Assembly: GCF_004353825.1 (NCBI RefSeq)
Contig: NZ_SMNA01000011.1
Location: 62,001 to 126,000, forward strand
DNA length: 64,000 nucleotides
Direction: 5' to 3'
DNA from: Occultella glacieicola
GTDB taxonomy: Bacteria > Actinomycetota > Actinomycetes > Actinomycetales > Beutenbergiaceae
The notes beneath the pieces are model-generated. The model searched no databases. It saw only the letters and a list, made by a program, of their open reading frames with translations, and was not told the DNA's origin. The position numbers and the translations under genes were made by a program. Below, in pieces: positions 10,268 through 20,794 of this stretch. The first letter of the stretch is position 1. The number at the start of each line of letters is the position of its first letter.

Positions 10268-10654
10268 ATGACCAGCCACGAGGTCCGCGCCGGGGTCACG
10301 GACCTGGACGGTCTGGCCCGTGAACACCTGGCCCTGGCCGCCGAGTCCCCACACGGGCGCAGCGCGCACCTGTTCGTCCACGACGGGCCACTGCGTCAGA
10401 CCATCGTCGCGATCCTCGCCGGCTCCGAACTGCCCGAGCACAACGCCCCGCCGGCCGCGAGCCTGCAGGTACTGACCGGCCGGATCGTGCTCTGGAGCGC
10501 CGACGCCGAGGACGAGGTGGCCGCCGGCGGGGTCATCTCGATCCCGCAGACCCGGCACGGCGTGCGCGCCGTCGAGGACTCCGCGTTCGTGCTGACGGCG
10601 GTCACCTCGACCCCGCTGGGCGGTCGGGACTGGGGCATCAGCCAGGCGCACTGA
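10268..10654 (+). CDS. Cupin-domain protein
   Basis: Motifs LPEHNAPPAASLQVLTG and IPQTRHGVRAVEDSAFVLT; RBS AAGGAG. Confidence 0.8.
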   Translation: MTSHEVRAGVTDLDGLAREHLALAAESPHGRSAHLFVHDGPLRQTIVAILAGSELPEHNAPPAASLQVLTGRIVLWSADAEDEVAAGGVISIPQTRHGVRAVEDSAFVLTAVTSTPLGGRDWGISQAH

Positions 10655-10707
10655 CCCTGCCGCGGACCGCCGGGAATGCCGGGCTACCCGTGCTCGTTGC
10701 CACCGAT

Positions 10708-11376
10708 ATGACGAAACCCTCCCTCACCGTTGACATCTGGTCCGACATCGCCTGCCCGTGGTGCTACATCGGCAAGCGGAAGTTCGAGGAGGGGCGCCGC
10801 GCCTACGACGGCGAGGTCGAGGTGCGCTACCACTCGTTCGAGCTCTCGCCGGACACGCCCGTCGACTTCGAGGGCAGTGAGGTGGACTTCCTCGCGACCC
10901 ACAAGGGCATGCCGGCCGGCCAGGTGCGGCAGATGCTCGACCGAGTCACCGCGATCGCCGCCGAGGTCGGGCTGACCTACGACTTCGGCACGCTTCGCCA
11001 CACGAACACCCTCCTCGCCCACCAGGCGCTGCACTACGCGAAGGCCGAGGGAAAGCAGCACGACCTCCTGGAGCGACTGTTCGCCGCGTACTTCGAGCAG
11101 GGCCGCCACCTCGGTCACGCCGAGGAACTTGCCGACCTCGGGGCCGAGGTCGGGCTGGACCGGGAAGCCCTGCTCGCCGCGCTCGAGGCGCAGACCTACG
11201 CCGACGACGTCCGCGCCGACCTCGACCAGGCCCGTGCGCTCGGGATCTCGGGCGTGCCGTTCTTCGTCATTGACGGCAAGTACGGCGTGTCCGGAGCCCA
11301 GAGCCCGGAGACGTTCACCGAGGTTTTGGAGCACGTCGCCGCCGACGAGGCTCGCGCCGGAGCCGGCGTTGAGTGA
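10708..11376 (+). CDS. DsbA-family oxidoreductase (FrnE-like)
   Basis: Motifs DIWSDIACPWCYIGKR and GISGVPFFVIDGKYGVSGAQ. Confidence 0.92.
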   Translation: MTKPSLTVDIWSDIACPWCYIGKRKFEEGRRAYDGEVEVRYHSFELSPDTPVDFEGSEVDFLATHKGMPAGQVRQMLDRVTAIAAEVGLTYDFGTLRHTNTLLAHQALHYAKAEGKQHDLLERLFAAYFEQGRHLGHAEELADLGAEVGLDREALLAALEAQTYADDVRADLDQARALGISGVPFFVIDGKYGVSGAQSPETFTEVLEHVAADEARAGAGVE

Positions 11377-11599
11377 GCCGGCGTTCCCTCCGCCGGCCAT
11401 GCCGGGCCCGGCCGGCCTCGCCTCGATCCCCGGGCTGCCGGACCTCGAGGCGGTCGGCTGGTGCGGGCCCGACGGCGTCTGTCACGTTGCTCAGGACCAC
11501 GCTCCTCAGGACCACGTTCCTCAGGACGCGGCGGCCGCCCGTACGGGCGCCGAGCCCGCCGACGAGACCGAGAGCCGGTGGCGCAGCGCGGCCAGCTGA
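11369..11599 (+). CDS. Putative small Cys-pair protein (WCGPDGVCH)
   Basis: TTG start overlapping the DsbA stop (alternative ATG 11399); motif resembles the C-terminal Cys tail of FrnE proteins; includes a 15-bp x3 repeat at 11483-11527. Confidence 0.5.
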   Translation: MSEPAFPPPAMPGPAGLASIPGLPDLEAVGWCGPDGVCHVAQDHAPQDHVPQDAAAARTGAEPADETESRWRSAAS

Positions 11600-13488
11600 C
11601 CCGTCAGCTCGGCCGGCAGCCGGTCGCCGAACCGCGCGAAGAAGTCCTCGGTGAGGTCGGCCTCAGCGAGCCACGCCTGCTCGTCGACGTCGAACAGGGC
11701 CGCCAGTGCGCCGTCGGACAGTTCGAGGCCGGCCAGGTCCAACTCGCCGGTGGCGGGCACCGTGCCGACCGGGCTCGGCCGGCCGGGCACCTCTCCGGCA
11801 ACCCGGCGCAGGACCCAGTCCAGCACCCTGGCGTTCTCCGAGAACCCGGGCCACAGGAAGCTCCCGTCGGTGCCCTTGCGGAACCAGTTCACGGCGAAGA
11901 TCTTCGGTGCACGCTCGCCGAGGACCTCACCGACGTCGAGCCAGTGCCCCCAGTGGTCGGCCATGTTGTAGCCGCAGAACGGGAGCATTGCGAACGGGTC
12001 CCGGCGCAGCTGCCCGACCGTGCCCTCGGCCGCCGCCGTCTGCTCCGAGGACACGGTGGCGCCGTAGAACACCCCGTGGGCCCAGTCCTGGCTCTGTGAG
12101 ACCAGCGGCACGTTGGTGGCGCGGCGGCCTCCGAACAGGATCGCGTCGACCGGCACGCCGGCGGGGTCGTCCCAGTGCTCGTCGATGACCGGGCACTGGT
12201 CCGCCGCCACCGTGAAGCGTGAGTTCGGGTGGGCCGCGGGCCGGCCCTGCGCCGCCCCGAGTTCGGGGGTCCAGTCCCGGCCCTGCCAGTCGACGAGATG
12301 CGCCGGCGCCTGCGGTGTGAGCCCTTCCCACCAGACGTCGCCGTCGTCGGTCAGAGCGACGTTCGTGAAGATGACGTCGTGGGCGAGGGTCTCGATCGCC
12401 GTCGGGTTCGTGGTGATCCCGGTGCCGGGAGCGACACCGAAGAAGCCGGCCTCGGGGTTGATCGCGCGGAGCCGGCCGTCGGGTCCGGGCCGCATCCAGA
12501 CGATGTCGTCGCCGAGGGTGGTCACCTGCCAGCCGGGGATCGACGGGCGCAGCATGGCCAGGTTCGTCTTGCCGCACGCGCTCGGGAACGCCGCGGCCAC
12601 GTGGTACGCGCGGCCGGAGGAGTGGGTGAGCCGGATCAGCAGCATGTGTTCGGCCAGCCAACCCTCGTCCCGGGCGATCGCTGAGGCGATCCGCAGGGCG
12701 TAGCACTTCTTGCCGAGCAGGGCGTTCCCGCCGTAGCCGGAGCCGTAGGACCAGATCTCCCGGGACTCGGGGAAGTGCGTGATGTATTTCGTGTCGTTGC
12801 AGGGCCAGGGCACGTCATCGATCGGCTCGCCGGAGGCACCGACCAGGGGCATGCCGACCGAGTGCACCGCGGGCACCCAGGAGGCGCCACCGGCGATCTG
12901 GTCCAGGGCCGCCGCGCCGACGCGCGTCATGATCCGCATGCTCGCCACGACGTACGGGGAGTCCGTGATCTCGATGCCGACCTGGGAGATCGGTCCGCCG
13001 ACCGGGCCCATGGAGAACGGCACCACGTACATCGTGCGACCACGCATGCTGCCGGCGAACACGTCGTCGAGGACCTCGCGCATCTCGGCGGGGTCCATCC
13101 AGTTGTTCGTCGGGCCGGCATCGACCTCACGCGCCGAGCAGATGTACGTGGCGGACTCGACCCGTGCCACGTCCGACGGCGCCGAGCGGGCCAGGTAGGA
13201 GCCGGGCCGGATCCGGGGGTTCAGCGGGATCAGGGTGCCGGCGTCGACGAGCGTCTCGATGATCCGGTCGTTCTCCGCGTCGGAGCCGTCGCACCAGTGC
13301 ACGGCGTCGGGCCGGGTGAGGGCGGCGATCCGGTCGACCCAGGCGCTCACCTCGGCCAGTGGGCGGCTCGGCAGCCGGGGGGCAGCCGCGCGGCGGTTGT
13401 CGAGTGCGCGGGACGGCCGCTCGGCGGTCAGCGCGACCGGGGACTCGATGACGTCGTCGTCGGATTCGTCGATGGCGGAGAGGAACAT
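11521..13488 (-). CDS. pckG: Phosphoenolpyruvate carboxykinase (GTP)
   Basis: Motifs [44 protein letters not shown] and [13 protein letters not shown]. Confidence 0.97.
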   Translation of the reverse strand: MFLSAIDESDDDVIESPVALTAERPSRALDNRRAAAPRLPSRPLAEVSAWVDRIAALTRPDAVHWCDGSDAENDRIIETLVDAGTLIPLNPRIRPGSYLARSAPSDVARVESATYICSAREVDAGPTNNWMDPAEMREVLDDVFAGSMRGRTMYVVPFSMGPVGGPISQVGIEITDSPYVVASMRIMTRVGAAALDQIAGGASWVPAVHSVGMPLVGASGEPIDDVPWPCNDTKYITHFPESREIWSYGSGYGGNALLGKKCYALRIASAIARDEGWLAEHMLLIRLTHSSGRAYHVAAAFPSACGKTNLAMLRPSIPGWQVTTLGDDIVWMRPGPDGRLRAINPEAGFFGVAPGTGITTNPTAIETLAHDVIFTNVALTDDGDVWWEGLTPQAPAHLVDWQGRDWTPELGAAQGRPAAHPNSRFTVAADQCPVIDEHWDDPAGVPVDAILFGGRRATNVPLVSQSQDWAHGVFYGATVSSEQTAAAEGTVGQLRRDPFAMLPFCGYNMADHWGHWLDVGEVLGERAPKIFAVNWFRKGTDGSFLWPGFSENARVLDWVLRRVAGEVPGRPSPVGTVPATGELDLAGLELSDGALAALFDVDEQAWLAEADLTEDFFARFGDRLPAELTGQLAALRHRLSVSSAGSAPVRAAAAS

Positions 13489-13565
13489 GTGCGGGACCTT
13501 TCGTCGCTGCGGGCCGGTGAGACCACACTGACGCGACTCGGATCGGATTCCCCGGTACATTCGCT

Positions 13566-13587
13566 GGCAACTTCTGCCGAAGTTGCC
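13566..13587. promoter_or_regulatory. Putative operator of the RamB-like regulator
   Basis: Perfect inverted repeat GGCAACTTC-TGCC-GAAGTTGCC between the divergent pckG and regulator genes. Confidence 0.7.
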
Positions 13588-13600
13588 TTATCGTCAACTC

Positions 13601-15154
13601 ATGCGTCAGACCGGCGAGCCGTCGACTCAGCCCACGATCACCGCGCCGGTGATCCCGCTCGGCGGTGGCGTGCCCGGCGCCGAGCCCCCTGCCTCGCCGG
13701 CACCGGACGGGCTCACGCTCGGCCGCCGAATCCGGCACTTCCGGACCGAACGTGGTCTGACCCTCAAGGAACTCGCCGCGCGGGTCTCCTCCACCACCAG
13801 CCAGCTCTCGCACGTCGAGAACGGCAACCGGGAGCCGCGGCTGTCCCTGATCTCCGCGATCGCCACGGAGCTCGAGGTGGGCGTGGCCGACCTGCTCGAG
13901 CCGGCGCCGCCGCCGGACCGCCGCGCGGCGCTCGAGATCGCGCTCGACCGGGCCCAACGGAGCACTCTGTACGCCGGGCTCGGGGTCGCGCCGGTCCGGC
14001 CCGGCCGCACCGTGCCGCTGGGCGTCCTCGAGTCCTTGGTCGCGCTGCACACCGAGCTCGCCCGGCGCGCCGCGGAGGCCGTCGCCACCCCGGAGGAGGC
14101 CCGTCGGGCGAACACCGAGATCCGGAGGTTCATGCGGACCCGGGACAACTACCTACCCGAGATCGAGGAACTCGGCGAGGACCTGATCCGACGCGCCGGG
14201 TACACCTCCGGCGCGCTGACCCACAGCACCGTCTCCGAGATGGCTCGCACGCTCGGCTTCGAGATCATCCACGTGCCGGACCTGCCGCACTCCACGCGCA
14301 CCGTGACCGACCTCGCGAACGGACGGATCTATCTGCCTCCGGCCTCGATCCCCGGCGGGCACGGCCTGCGGTCCCTGGCGCTGCAGGCGATCGCGCACCG
14401 CGTGCTCGGACACACCCGTCCGGTCAGCTACGCGGACTTCCTGCGCCAGCGCTTGGAGATCACCTACTTCGCGGCGACCTGCCTGATCCCCCGCAGCGCC
14501 GCCGTCGAGTATCTCTCCGAGCGCAAGCGGAGCCGCGACCTCGCCATCGAGGACTTCCGCGACGCGTTCGGAGTGACCCATGAGGCGGCCGCGCTGCGGT
14601 TCACGAACCTGGCCACCTCGCACCTGGACCTGCCGCTCCACTTCCTGCGGGTCTCCGACGACGGCGCCCTCTACAAGGGCTACGAGAACGACGGGGTCGG
14701 CCTGCCCGCGGACGTGCACGGCGCGATCGAGGGCCAGTACGTCTGCCGGCACTGGGCGGCCCGGGCCGCGTTCGAGCGACGGACCCGCACCACCGAGTTC
14801 CACCAATACACCGACACCCCGGCCGGCACGTTCTGGTGCTCGACGCAGACCGGACGCTCGGACGCCGGGGAGTTCGCGATCACCGTGGGTGTGCCGTTCA
14901 ACCACGCCAAGTGGTTCCGCGGCCGCGAGACCGCCCGGCGGGCCGCCTCGACGTGTCCGGACGAGGCCTGCTGCCGGCGTCCGGCCGCCGACCTGAGCCG
15001 GCGCTGGCACGAGCACTCCTGGCCGAGCGCCGCGCTGCACGCGCAGATCCTCGCACCGCTCCCCTCCGGCACGTTCCCCGGCGTGGACGATGCCGAGGTG
15101 TACGCCTTCCTCGAGGCGAACGCGCCCGACGCCCGCTCGCGGGAGATCCCGTAG
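13601..15154 (+). CDS. XRE-family regulator, RamB/PrpR (ScfR)-like
   Basis: XRE HTH (LSHVENGNREP), NYLPEIEE, FGVTHEAAALRFTNL and a Cys-rich C-terminus (CRHW, CPDEACC). Confidence 0.85.
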   Translation: MRQTGEPSTQPTITAPVIPLGGGVPGAEPPASPAPDGLTLGRRIRHFRTERGLTLKELAARVSSTTSQLSHVENGNREPRLSLISAIATELEVGVADLLEPAPPPDRRAALEIALDRAQRSTLYAGLGVAPVRPGRTVPLGVLESLVALHTELARRAAEAVATPEEARRANTEIRRFMRTRDNYLPEIEELGEDLIRRAGYTSGALTHSTVSEMARTLGFEIIHVPDLPHSTRTVTDLANGRIYLPPASIPGGHGLRSLALQAIAHRVLGHTRPVSYADFLRQRLEITYFAATCLIPRSAAVEYLSERKRSRDLAIEDFRDAFGVTHEAAALRFTNLATSHLDLPLHFLRVSDDGALYKGYENDGVGLPADVHGAIEGQYVCRHWAARAAFERRTRTTEFHQYTDTPAGTFWCSTQTGRSDAGEFAITVGVPFNHAKWFRGRETARRAASTCPDEACCRRPAADLSRRWHEHSWPSAALHAQILAPLPSGTFPGVDDAEVYAFLEANAPDARSREIP

Positions 15155-15259
15155 GGACGCGACCGCGACCGCGGTCACCGTGCTCACGCCAACCGGCGCA
15201 TCGCCCGCTGGAGCTACCGACGATGCCCGAACGCCGCCCAGCAGCGCTAGCCTCACCGA

Positions 15260-16609
15260 GTGATCAACGACGTCGCGCCCGGCGCCCCCACCGACGACGA
15301 CGCCGTCGCCGCGCTGGTGGCCCTGGTCCGTATCCCGACCGTCTCGGTGGGCGGTGAGCCCTCCACGGGAGTCCCGTTCACGGACTTCCTCGCCGAGCAC
15401 GCCCGCCGCTTCCCGCTGATGCACGCACGCCTGGACCTGACCCTGCTGGAAGGCACGGCGATGCTGTTCCACTGGCGCGGCGCATCGAGCGAGCGTCCCG
15501 TGGTGCTGATGGCGCACCTGGACGTCGTCGGCGTCGAGGAGGCCGATCCCTGGCGCCATCCGGCCTTCTCCGCAGAGATCTCCGACGGCGAGATCTGGGG
15601 GCGCGGCACGCTGGACGACAAGGGCTCCCTGGCCGCGCTGTGCGTCGCCGTGGAACGCCTGCTCGCGCGCGGCGTCACGCCGGCCCAGGACGTCTGGCTC
15701 AGCTTCGGCAACGGCGAGGAGGTGTCCGGTGCCGCCGCGTCGGCCGCGGTCGAGCAGCTACGGACCACCGGCGTGCGGCCCTGGTTCGTGCTCGACGAGG
15801 GCGGTGCGGTGGCGGCGCGCGCGTTCCCGGGCGTGTCCCGGCCGCTCGCCGTGATCGGGGTCGCCGAGAAGGGCACCACGACGGTCGAGCTCACGGTCGC
15901 CGGCCGCGGGGGCCACTCGTCCACGCCCGCCCGCGGGGACGCCGTCGCCCGACTGGCCCGCGCGATCGTGCGGCTGGACAGGTACAGCTTCCCCGCTTCC
16001 CTACCGGCTCCGACGATCGAGATGCTCACCCGCCTGGCCCCGCACGCCGCACCCGCGATGCGCCCGGTCCTCTCCCGCACCGGGCGGTTCGGCGGGGCGA
16101 TCACCAAGGCGCTGCAGGCGGCCGGGCCCGAGTCGGCCGCGATGACCCGCACGACGGCGGTGGTCACCACCCTGGCCGGCTCACCCGGGCACAACGTCCT
16201 CGCGTCGGTTGCCCGGGCCGGGGTGAACCTGCGGATCATGGTCGGGGACACCGTGGCCGGTACGGTCGAGCGGATCCGCCGGGTGATCGGGGACGACCGC
16301 GTCCGGATCACCGTGATCGATGCCAACGAGCCGTCGCCGATCTCCCCGTGGGACGACGACGCGTTCCGGCTGATCGAGACCGTGATCGCCGGGTCCCACC
16401 CGGACGCCATTCCCACGCCGTACGTGATGATGGGCGGCACCGATGCGCGGTTCTTCACGACGATCTGCCCACGCGTCTACCGCTTCGCACCCCTGCGGAT
16501 GAGCAAGGAGCAACGGGCCTCGATCCATGCCTATGACGAGCGGGTCGGGGTGCGCGACTACCTCGACGGCATCGGTTTCTATGTCGACCTGATCGAGCGG
16601 ATCGGCTGA
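15260..16609 (+). CDS. M20-family metallopeptidase/amidohydrolase
   Basis: Motifs LMAHLDVV, IWGRGTLDDKG, GEEV, GGHSSTP, GGTDAR and IHAYDER. Confidence 0.92.
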   Translation: MINDVAPGAPTDDDAVAALVALVRIPTVSVGGEPSTGVPFTDFLAEHARRFPLMHARLDLTLLEGTAMLFHWRGASSERPVVLMAHLDVVGVEEADPWRHPAFSAEISDGEIWGRGTLDDKGSLAALCVAVERLLARGVTPAQDVWLSFGNGEEVSGAAASAAVEQLRTTGVRPWFVLDEGGAVAARAFPGVSRPLAVIGVAEKGTTTVELTVAGRGGHSSTPARGDAVARLARAIVRLDRYSFPASLPAPTIEMLTRLAPHAAPAMRPVLSRTGRFGGAITKALQAAGPESAAMTRTTAVVTTLAGSPGHNVLASVARAGVNLRIMVGDTVAGTVERIRRVIGDDRVRITVIDANEPSPISPWDDDAFRLIETVIAGSHPDAIPTPYVMMGGTDARFFTTICPRVYRFAPLRMSKEQRASIHAYDERVGVRDYLDGIGFYVDLIERIG

Positions 16610-18081
16610 TGGACGACCGCGCGGCCCCGGCTCCGGGGTCGACGGAGCCGGCGACCGGGCCGAGTGCCGGCCCCACCCTGACGCACGGCCTGTGGGCGGT
16701 CGTCGGCTTCCTCATCTGCGTGGAACTCGCCTCCGGGATCCTCCAGGGCTTCTACACGCCGATCTTCTCCGACATCGCGACGCATCTGGGCATCCAGGAC
16801 GCGGACGTGAACTGGTTCGAGGCGGCGCAGCTGATCGTGTCCGCGCTGTGTGTGCCACTGCTGGCCCGGCTCGGGGACGTGATCGGGCACCGCAGGGTCC
16901 TGCTGCTCTCGACGGCGGTCACCGCGCTCGGGTCCTGGATGCTCGCGTTCTCTCCCACGTTCTCCACGTTCCTGATCGGCTGGGCGCTCCAGGGTGCGTA
17001 CGTCGTGTGGCTGCCGTTGGAGGTCGCGATCATCCACCGCCGCACGGCGGCGAGCGGCCAGCAGGCGCGCCTCACCCGCCGGGCCGCCGGGTTCCTGGTT
17101 GCCGGGCTGGAGGCCGGGGTGATCGTCGGGGCACTGACGTCCGGGGCGCTGGTCGAGGCGACGTCGATGACGGTGCTGCTGATGCTCCCGGCGGTCGCCG
17201 TGACCGTCTGCTTCGCCGTGATCTGGTTCGGCGTCGAGGACGTCGCCGGCACCTCGACGGGCGGGATCGACTGGGCCGGGCTCGGCATGATCACGACGGT
17301 GCTCGGACTCATCATGGCCGGGTTGATCACGATCCGGCTGCAGGGTCCGGGGAGCCCGCTGGCCTGGGCCCTGATCCTCGCCGGTCTGGTACTGGTGCTG
17401 CCGTTCGTGCGGATCGAGCGCGCGCTGGCCGAGCCGCTCATCGACGTCAGGCTGCTCATGCAGCCGGCGCAGTGGCCGGTGCAGCTGACCGCGTTCCTGT
17501 TCGGGATGTCCGTGCTCGGCGCACAGATCCCGCTGTCCACGTTCGCCCGCACCGACCCGGCGACGGCGGGTTTCGGCCTGGGTGCCAGCGCCGGCTTCGT
17601 CTCCACCTTGGTGGGGCTCTACGTGATCTCGATGGCCGCCGGCGCCCTGCTCGTGCCGGCGCTGGCCGGACTGATCGGCCCGCGCCGTTCACTCGTGGTC
17701 GCGGCGTTGCTGGTCGCGGTCGGCTATGCCCTGTTCCTGCCGTTCCACGACACCACCTGGCAGACGATGACGAACATGGCGGTGGCCGGTCTCGGCTCCG
17801 GCGCCCTGGTCGCCTCGCTCCCGGCTGCGGCTGCCGCGGCCGCGCCGCCGGAGCGGACCGGATTCGCGACCGGGATGACGAACGCCATCAAGACCGTGGG
17901 TGGGGCGATCGCGTCCTCGGTGTTCGCGATCGCGCTGGCCGCGACCGGGTCGCTCGAGGGACCGGCCGCCGGGCACGCACCACTGTCCGGCTACCTCACC
18001 GTCTGGGCGGTGTGCGCCGTGACCGCGCTGGTGGCGGCGGTGTGTCTGCTGCTCGTGCCGAGGACCGCGTTCGGCGACTGA
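16609..18081 (+). CDS. MFS transporter
   Basis: TGATG coupling to the M20 gene; motif LARLGDVIGHRRVLL; about 14 TM segments. Confidence 0.88.
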   Translation: MDDRAAPAPGSTEPATGPSAGPTLTHGLWAVVGFLICVELASGILQGFYTPIFSDIATHLGIQDADVNWFEAAQLIVSALCVPLLARLGDVIGHRRVLLLSTAVTALGSWMLAFSPTFSTFLIGWALQGAYVVWLPLEVAIIHRRTAASGQQARLTRRAAGFLVAGLEAGVIVGALTSGALVEATSMTVLLMLPAVAVTVCFAVIWFGVEDVAGTSTGGIDWAGLGMITTVLGLIMAGLITIRLQGPGSPLAWALILAGLVLVLPFVRIERALAEPLIDVRLLMQPAQWPVQLTAFLFGMSVLGAQIPLSTFARTDPATAGFGLGASAGFVSTLVGLYVISMAAGALLVPALAGLIGPRRSLVVAALLVAVGYALFLPFHDTTWQTMTNMAVAGLGSGALVASLPAAAAAAAPPERTGFATGMTNAIKTVGGAIASSVFAIALAATGSLEGPAAGHAPLSGYLTVWAVCAVTALVAAVCLLLVPRTAFGD

Positions 18082-18106
18082 ACCCGGCTCGGCCGGCTCA
18101 CGCACG

Positions 18107-18143
18107 CGAACGCCCGACGGCGGGGGCTGCCGTCGGGCGTTCG
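18107..18143. terminator. Bidirectional hairpin terminator
   Basis: 15-bp stem CGAACGCCCGACGGC...GCCGTCGGGCGTTCG between convergent genes. Confidence 0.8.
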
Positions 18144-18185
18144 GGTGGCCGGATGCCGGTCTCCCGTGGGAGGTCGACCGCGCGG

Positions 18186-18677
18186 TCAGTCGCCGGAGTC
18201 GGCGGAGGGCGCGGACGCGGGGCTGGCCGGGGAGGCGGGGCTCGCCGGGGAGGCGGGGCTCGCCGGGGAGGCTGGCGACGCGGGGCTTGCCGGGCTCGGC
18301 GCGGACACCGGGCTGGGCGCGGAGGCCGGGCTGGCCGGGCTCTGTGCGGACGCGGGGCTGGCCGGGCTGGGTGCCGACACCGGACTGGCCACCGGCGACG
18401 GCGCCGAGACCGAACTGATCGCGGTCACGGCGGAGACCGCGCTGCCCGGGTCGACCGTGGCCGGGTCCGTGGTGGCCGGGGTGGTGGCCGGGGCCGTGGG
18501 GGCGGCGGGCGAGGCCGCCGAGGGGGCCGCCGGTGAGGGGGCGGAGGTGGCCGGGGCCTGGGACTGCTCCGGCGCCGGCGTCGACGTGAACGTGTCCGCG
18601 CTCGCCGCCACGGCTCCCCCGGCAACGGCCACGACACCCAGGGTCCCGGTCACGATCCAGGCGGTGCGCTTGTTCAT
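18186..18677 (-). CDS. Secreted Ser/Pro/Ala low-complexity protein
   Basis: Signal peptide MNKRTAWIVTGTLGVVAVAGGAVAASA followed by an (SPA)n repeat tail. Confidence 0.75.
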   Translation of the reverse strand: MNKRTAWIVTGTLGVVAVAGGAVAASADTFTSTPAPEQSQAPATSAPSPAAPSAASPAAPTAPATTPATTDPATVDPGSAVSAVTAISSVSAPSPVASPVSAPSPASPASAQSPASPASAPSPVSAPSPASPASPASPASPASPASPASPASPASAPSADSGD

Positions 18678-18917
18678 TCTGATTCCTCCGAAGTCCAGGG
18701 CCCCGGTTCGGGACCACCTCATCTGTTGCTGACATCCATCAGATTCCCGGGCCACGATGAGCCCACAAGGAGAGGAATGTGAAAGCCTTCTCATCCGGCC
18801 CGGTGCCCGATCGCCAAGGGACACCGACGCCGATCCCGGCGGGCGGCGACGGCACGGCGGAGCACGCCCGTCGGCACGCGGGCCGGTCCCGGTCGACGGC
18901 CTCAGGCAGATCCGCTG

Positions 18918-19322
18918 TCAGGCGGTGACGACGTTGCCCTCTCGGATCTGCACGGCGACCTCGGGAAGCGGCTGGTCGGCCGGGCCGGAGACGACCGCCC
19001 CGGTGAGTTGCTCGAACTCCGACCCGTGGCACGGGCAGTACAACACGTCCTCCCGCACCCGCACGCTGCAGCCCTGGTGGGTGCAGATCGCGCTGAACGC
19101 GACCACCTCACCGTCCGTAGGCTGCGCGACGACCAGTTCCACGCCGTCATCCGTGGTGAGCACGAGCGAGCCCCCCACCGGGACGTCTGCGAGCGCGACC
19201 AGGGTCTCCCCCGCCGTCGGTTCCTCGACCTCGGGTGCGCCGGTGCAGGCGGCGAGCCCGGCGAGGGTGACCCCGCCCCCGGAGGCGAGCAGGACCTGGC
19301 GGCGGCTGGGGCAGGGGCACAT
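18918..19322 (-). CDS. Rieske [2Fe-2S] protein, Tat lipoprotein
   Basis: SRRQVLL..LAAC signal; CTHQGC and CPCHGSEF boxes. Confidence 0.92.
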   Translation of the reverse strand: MCPCPSRRQVLLASGGGVTLAGLAACTGAPEVEEPTAGETLVALADVPVGGSLVLTTDDGVELVVAQPTDGEVVAFSAICTHQGCSVRVREDVLYCPCHGSEFEQLTGAVVSGPADQPLPEVAVQIREGNVVTA

Positions 19323-19419
19323 GGGGGTCAATCTAGTCCGGCCGGACGCACGGCGCCCGCCCCACCGCGAGGGTGGGACGGGCGACGGTCGGCGACGGGC
19401 CGCCGGTCACGAAGGCAGG

Positions 19420-20586
19420 TCAGGAACGCTCGGCGAACTTACCCTCGTCGCGGATGCGCTTGTTCAGCTCGTCGAGGTAGCGGTCCTCGTCGAGGTCCAG
19501 CGGGACCTCCTCGCCGAGCCAGCTCGAGAGGTGGATGGCGTTGGCGAGGCGGACCCCGTTGATGCCCTCCGACCCGGGTGCCAGCAGCGGTGTCCCGTCG
19601 AGGATGTTCGCCGCGAAGTTCTCCAGGACGCCCGCATGCTGCTGGCCCCACGGGCGGTCGTACTCGATGGTCTCGGTCTCCTGGTAGGAGTCGAGGTTCA
19701 TCTCGCCCATGAACATCTTCTTGACGTCGTCCGGGCCGATCGAGTCCGAGATCTCCTGTTCGGTCTTGGACAGCCGGGTCACGTACGCGGTCTTGGAGCC
19801 CTCGACGACGATCTTGCCGGAGTCCCCGAGGATCTCGAACCGGTCGGTGCCGATCAGGTCGTGGGTCGCGGTCACGAGCACCCCGGTGGCACCCTCGCCG
19901 TAGTCGACGACCACGGTGACCTCGTCCTCGGTGGCGATGTTGCGCCGGAAGCCGTAGGCGACCTTCGCGAAGACGGACTTCGGCACACCGGCGATCCACT
20001 GCAGCAGGTCGAGCTGGTGCGGGACCTGGTTGACCAGGACTCCACCGCCCTCGCCGCCCCAGGTGGCGCGCCAGTCGCTCTGCTCGTAGTAGCCCTGCGG
20101 CCGCCACCAGGTGGTGATGATCCAGTTGGTGCGGCGGATCTTCCCGATCTCGCCGGCCTCCACGATCTCCTTGATGCGCTGGTAAAGCGGATTGTTGCGC
20201 TGGTTGAACATGATCCCGAAGGTCAGTTCGGGCTTCGTCGCCGCGTACTCGTTGAGTTCCTTGACCTGCTTGGTGTAGACCCCGGCAGGCTTCTCGACGA
20301 GCGGGTGGATCCCGCGGGACAGGGCCGCGATACCCATCTCCGGGTGCAGGTAGTGCGGCACGGTCGTGACGACCGCGTCGACGTCACCGCTGTCGAGAAC
20401 GCTCTCGAAGTCCTCGTACACCGGGACGCCCGGGTAGGTCGACGCAGCCAGTTCGCGCTTGGCCGGGTCGTGATCGACGATCGCGCCGATCACCATGTTG
20501 GGGACCTTGCCGTCGGAGATGAGCCTGGCGTAGAGCCCGCCCTGGGCGCCGAGCCCGATGATGCCGAGTCTGACCTTGTCTGCCAC
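19420..20586 (-). CDS. Gfo/Idh/MocA-family oxidoreductase
   Basis: Motifs GIIGLGAQG, VPHYLH, LVEKPAG and GGGVLVNQVPHQLD; start set at GTG 20586. Confidence 0.92.
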   Translation of the reverse strand: MADKVRLGIIGLGAQGGLYARLISDGKVPNMVIGAIVDHDPAKRELAASTYPGVPVYEDFESVLDSGDVDAVVTTVPHYLHPEMGIAALSRGIHPLVEKPAGVYTKQVKELNEYAATKPELTFGIMFNQRNNPLYQRIKEIVEAGEIGKIRRTNWIITTWWRPQGYYEQSDWRATWGGEGGGVLVNQVPHQLDLLQWIAGVPKSVFAKVAYGFRRNIATEDEVTVVVDYGEGATGVLVTATHDLIGTDRFEILGDSGKIVVEGSKTAYVTRLSKTEQEISDSIGPDDVKKMFMGEMNLDSYQETETIEYDRPWGQQHAGVLENFAANILDGTPLLAPGSEGINGVRLANAIHLSSWLGEEVPLDLDEDRYLDELNKRIRDEGKFAERS

Positions 20587-20794
20587 GTTGGAGTCTCCTG
20601 ATGTCGTTCGAGGGAAGCATCGCTGCCGATCCCCCGAGGCTAGGGCGCGCCCGCCGGGCCGGACCATCGGTTGCCGCCTGTTGCCACCCGGCCCGCGCGC
20701 GGGCACCGGAAGCGGTTCCGTGGTTGCAGCCGGCGCGAGGATGCAGACCTCTGCCCATGTCACCGGCCCGAGGATTGGTGCGAGGATGTGGCCC

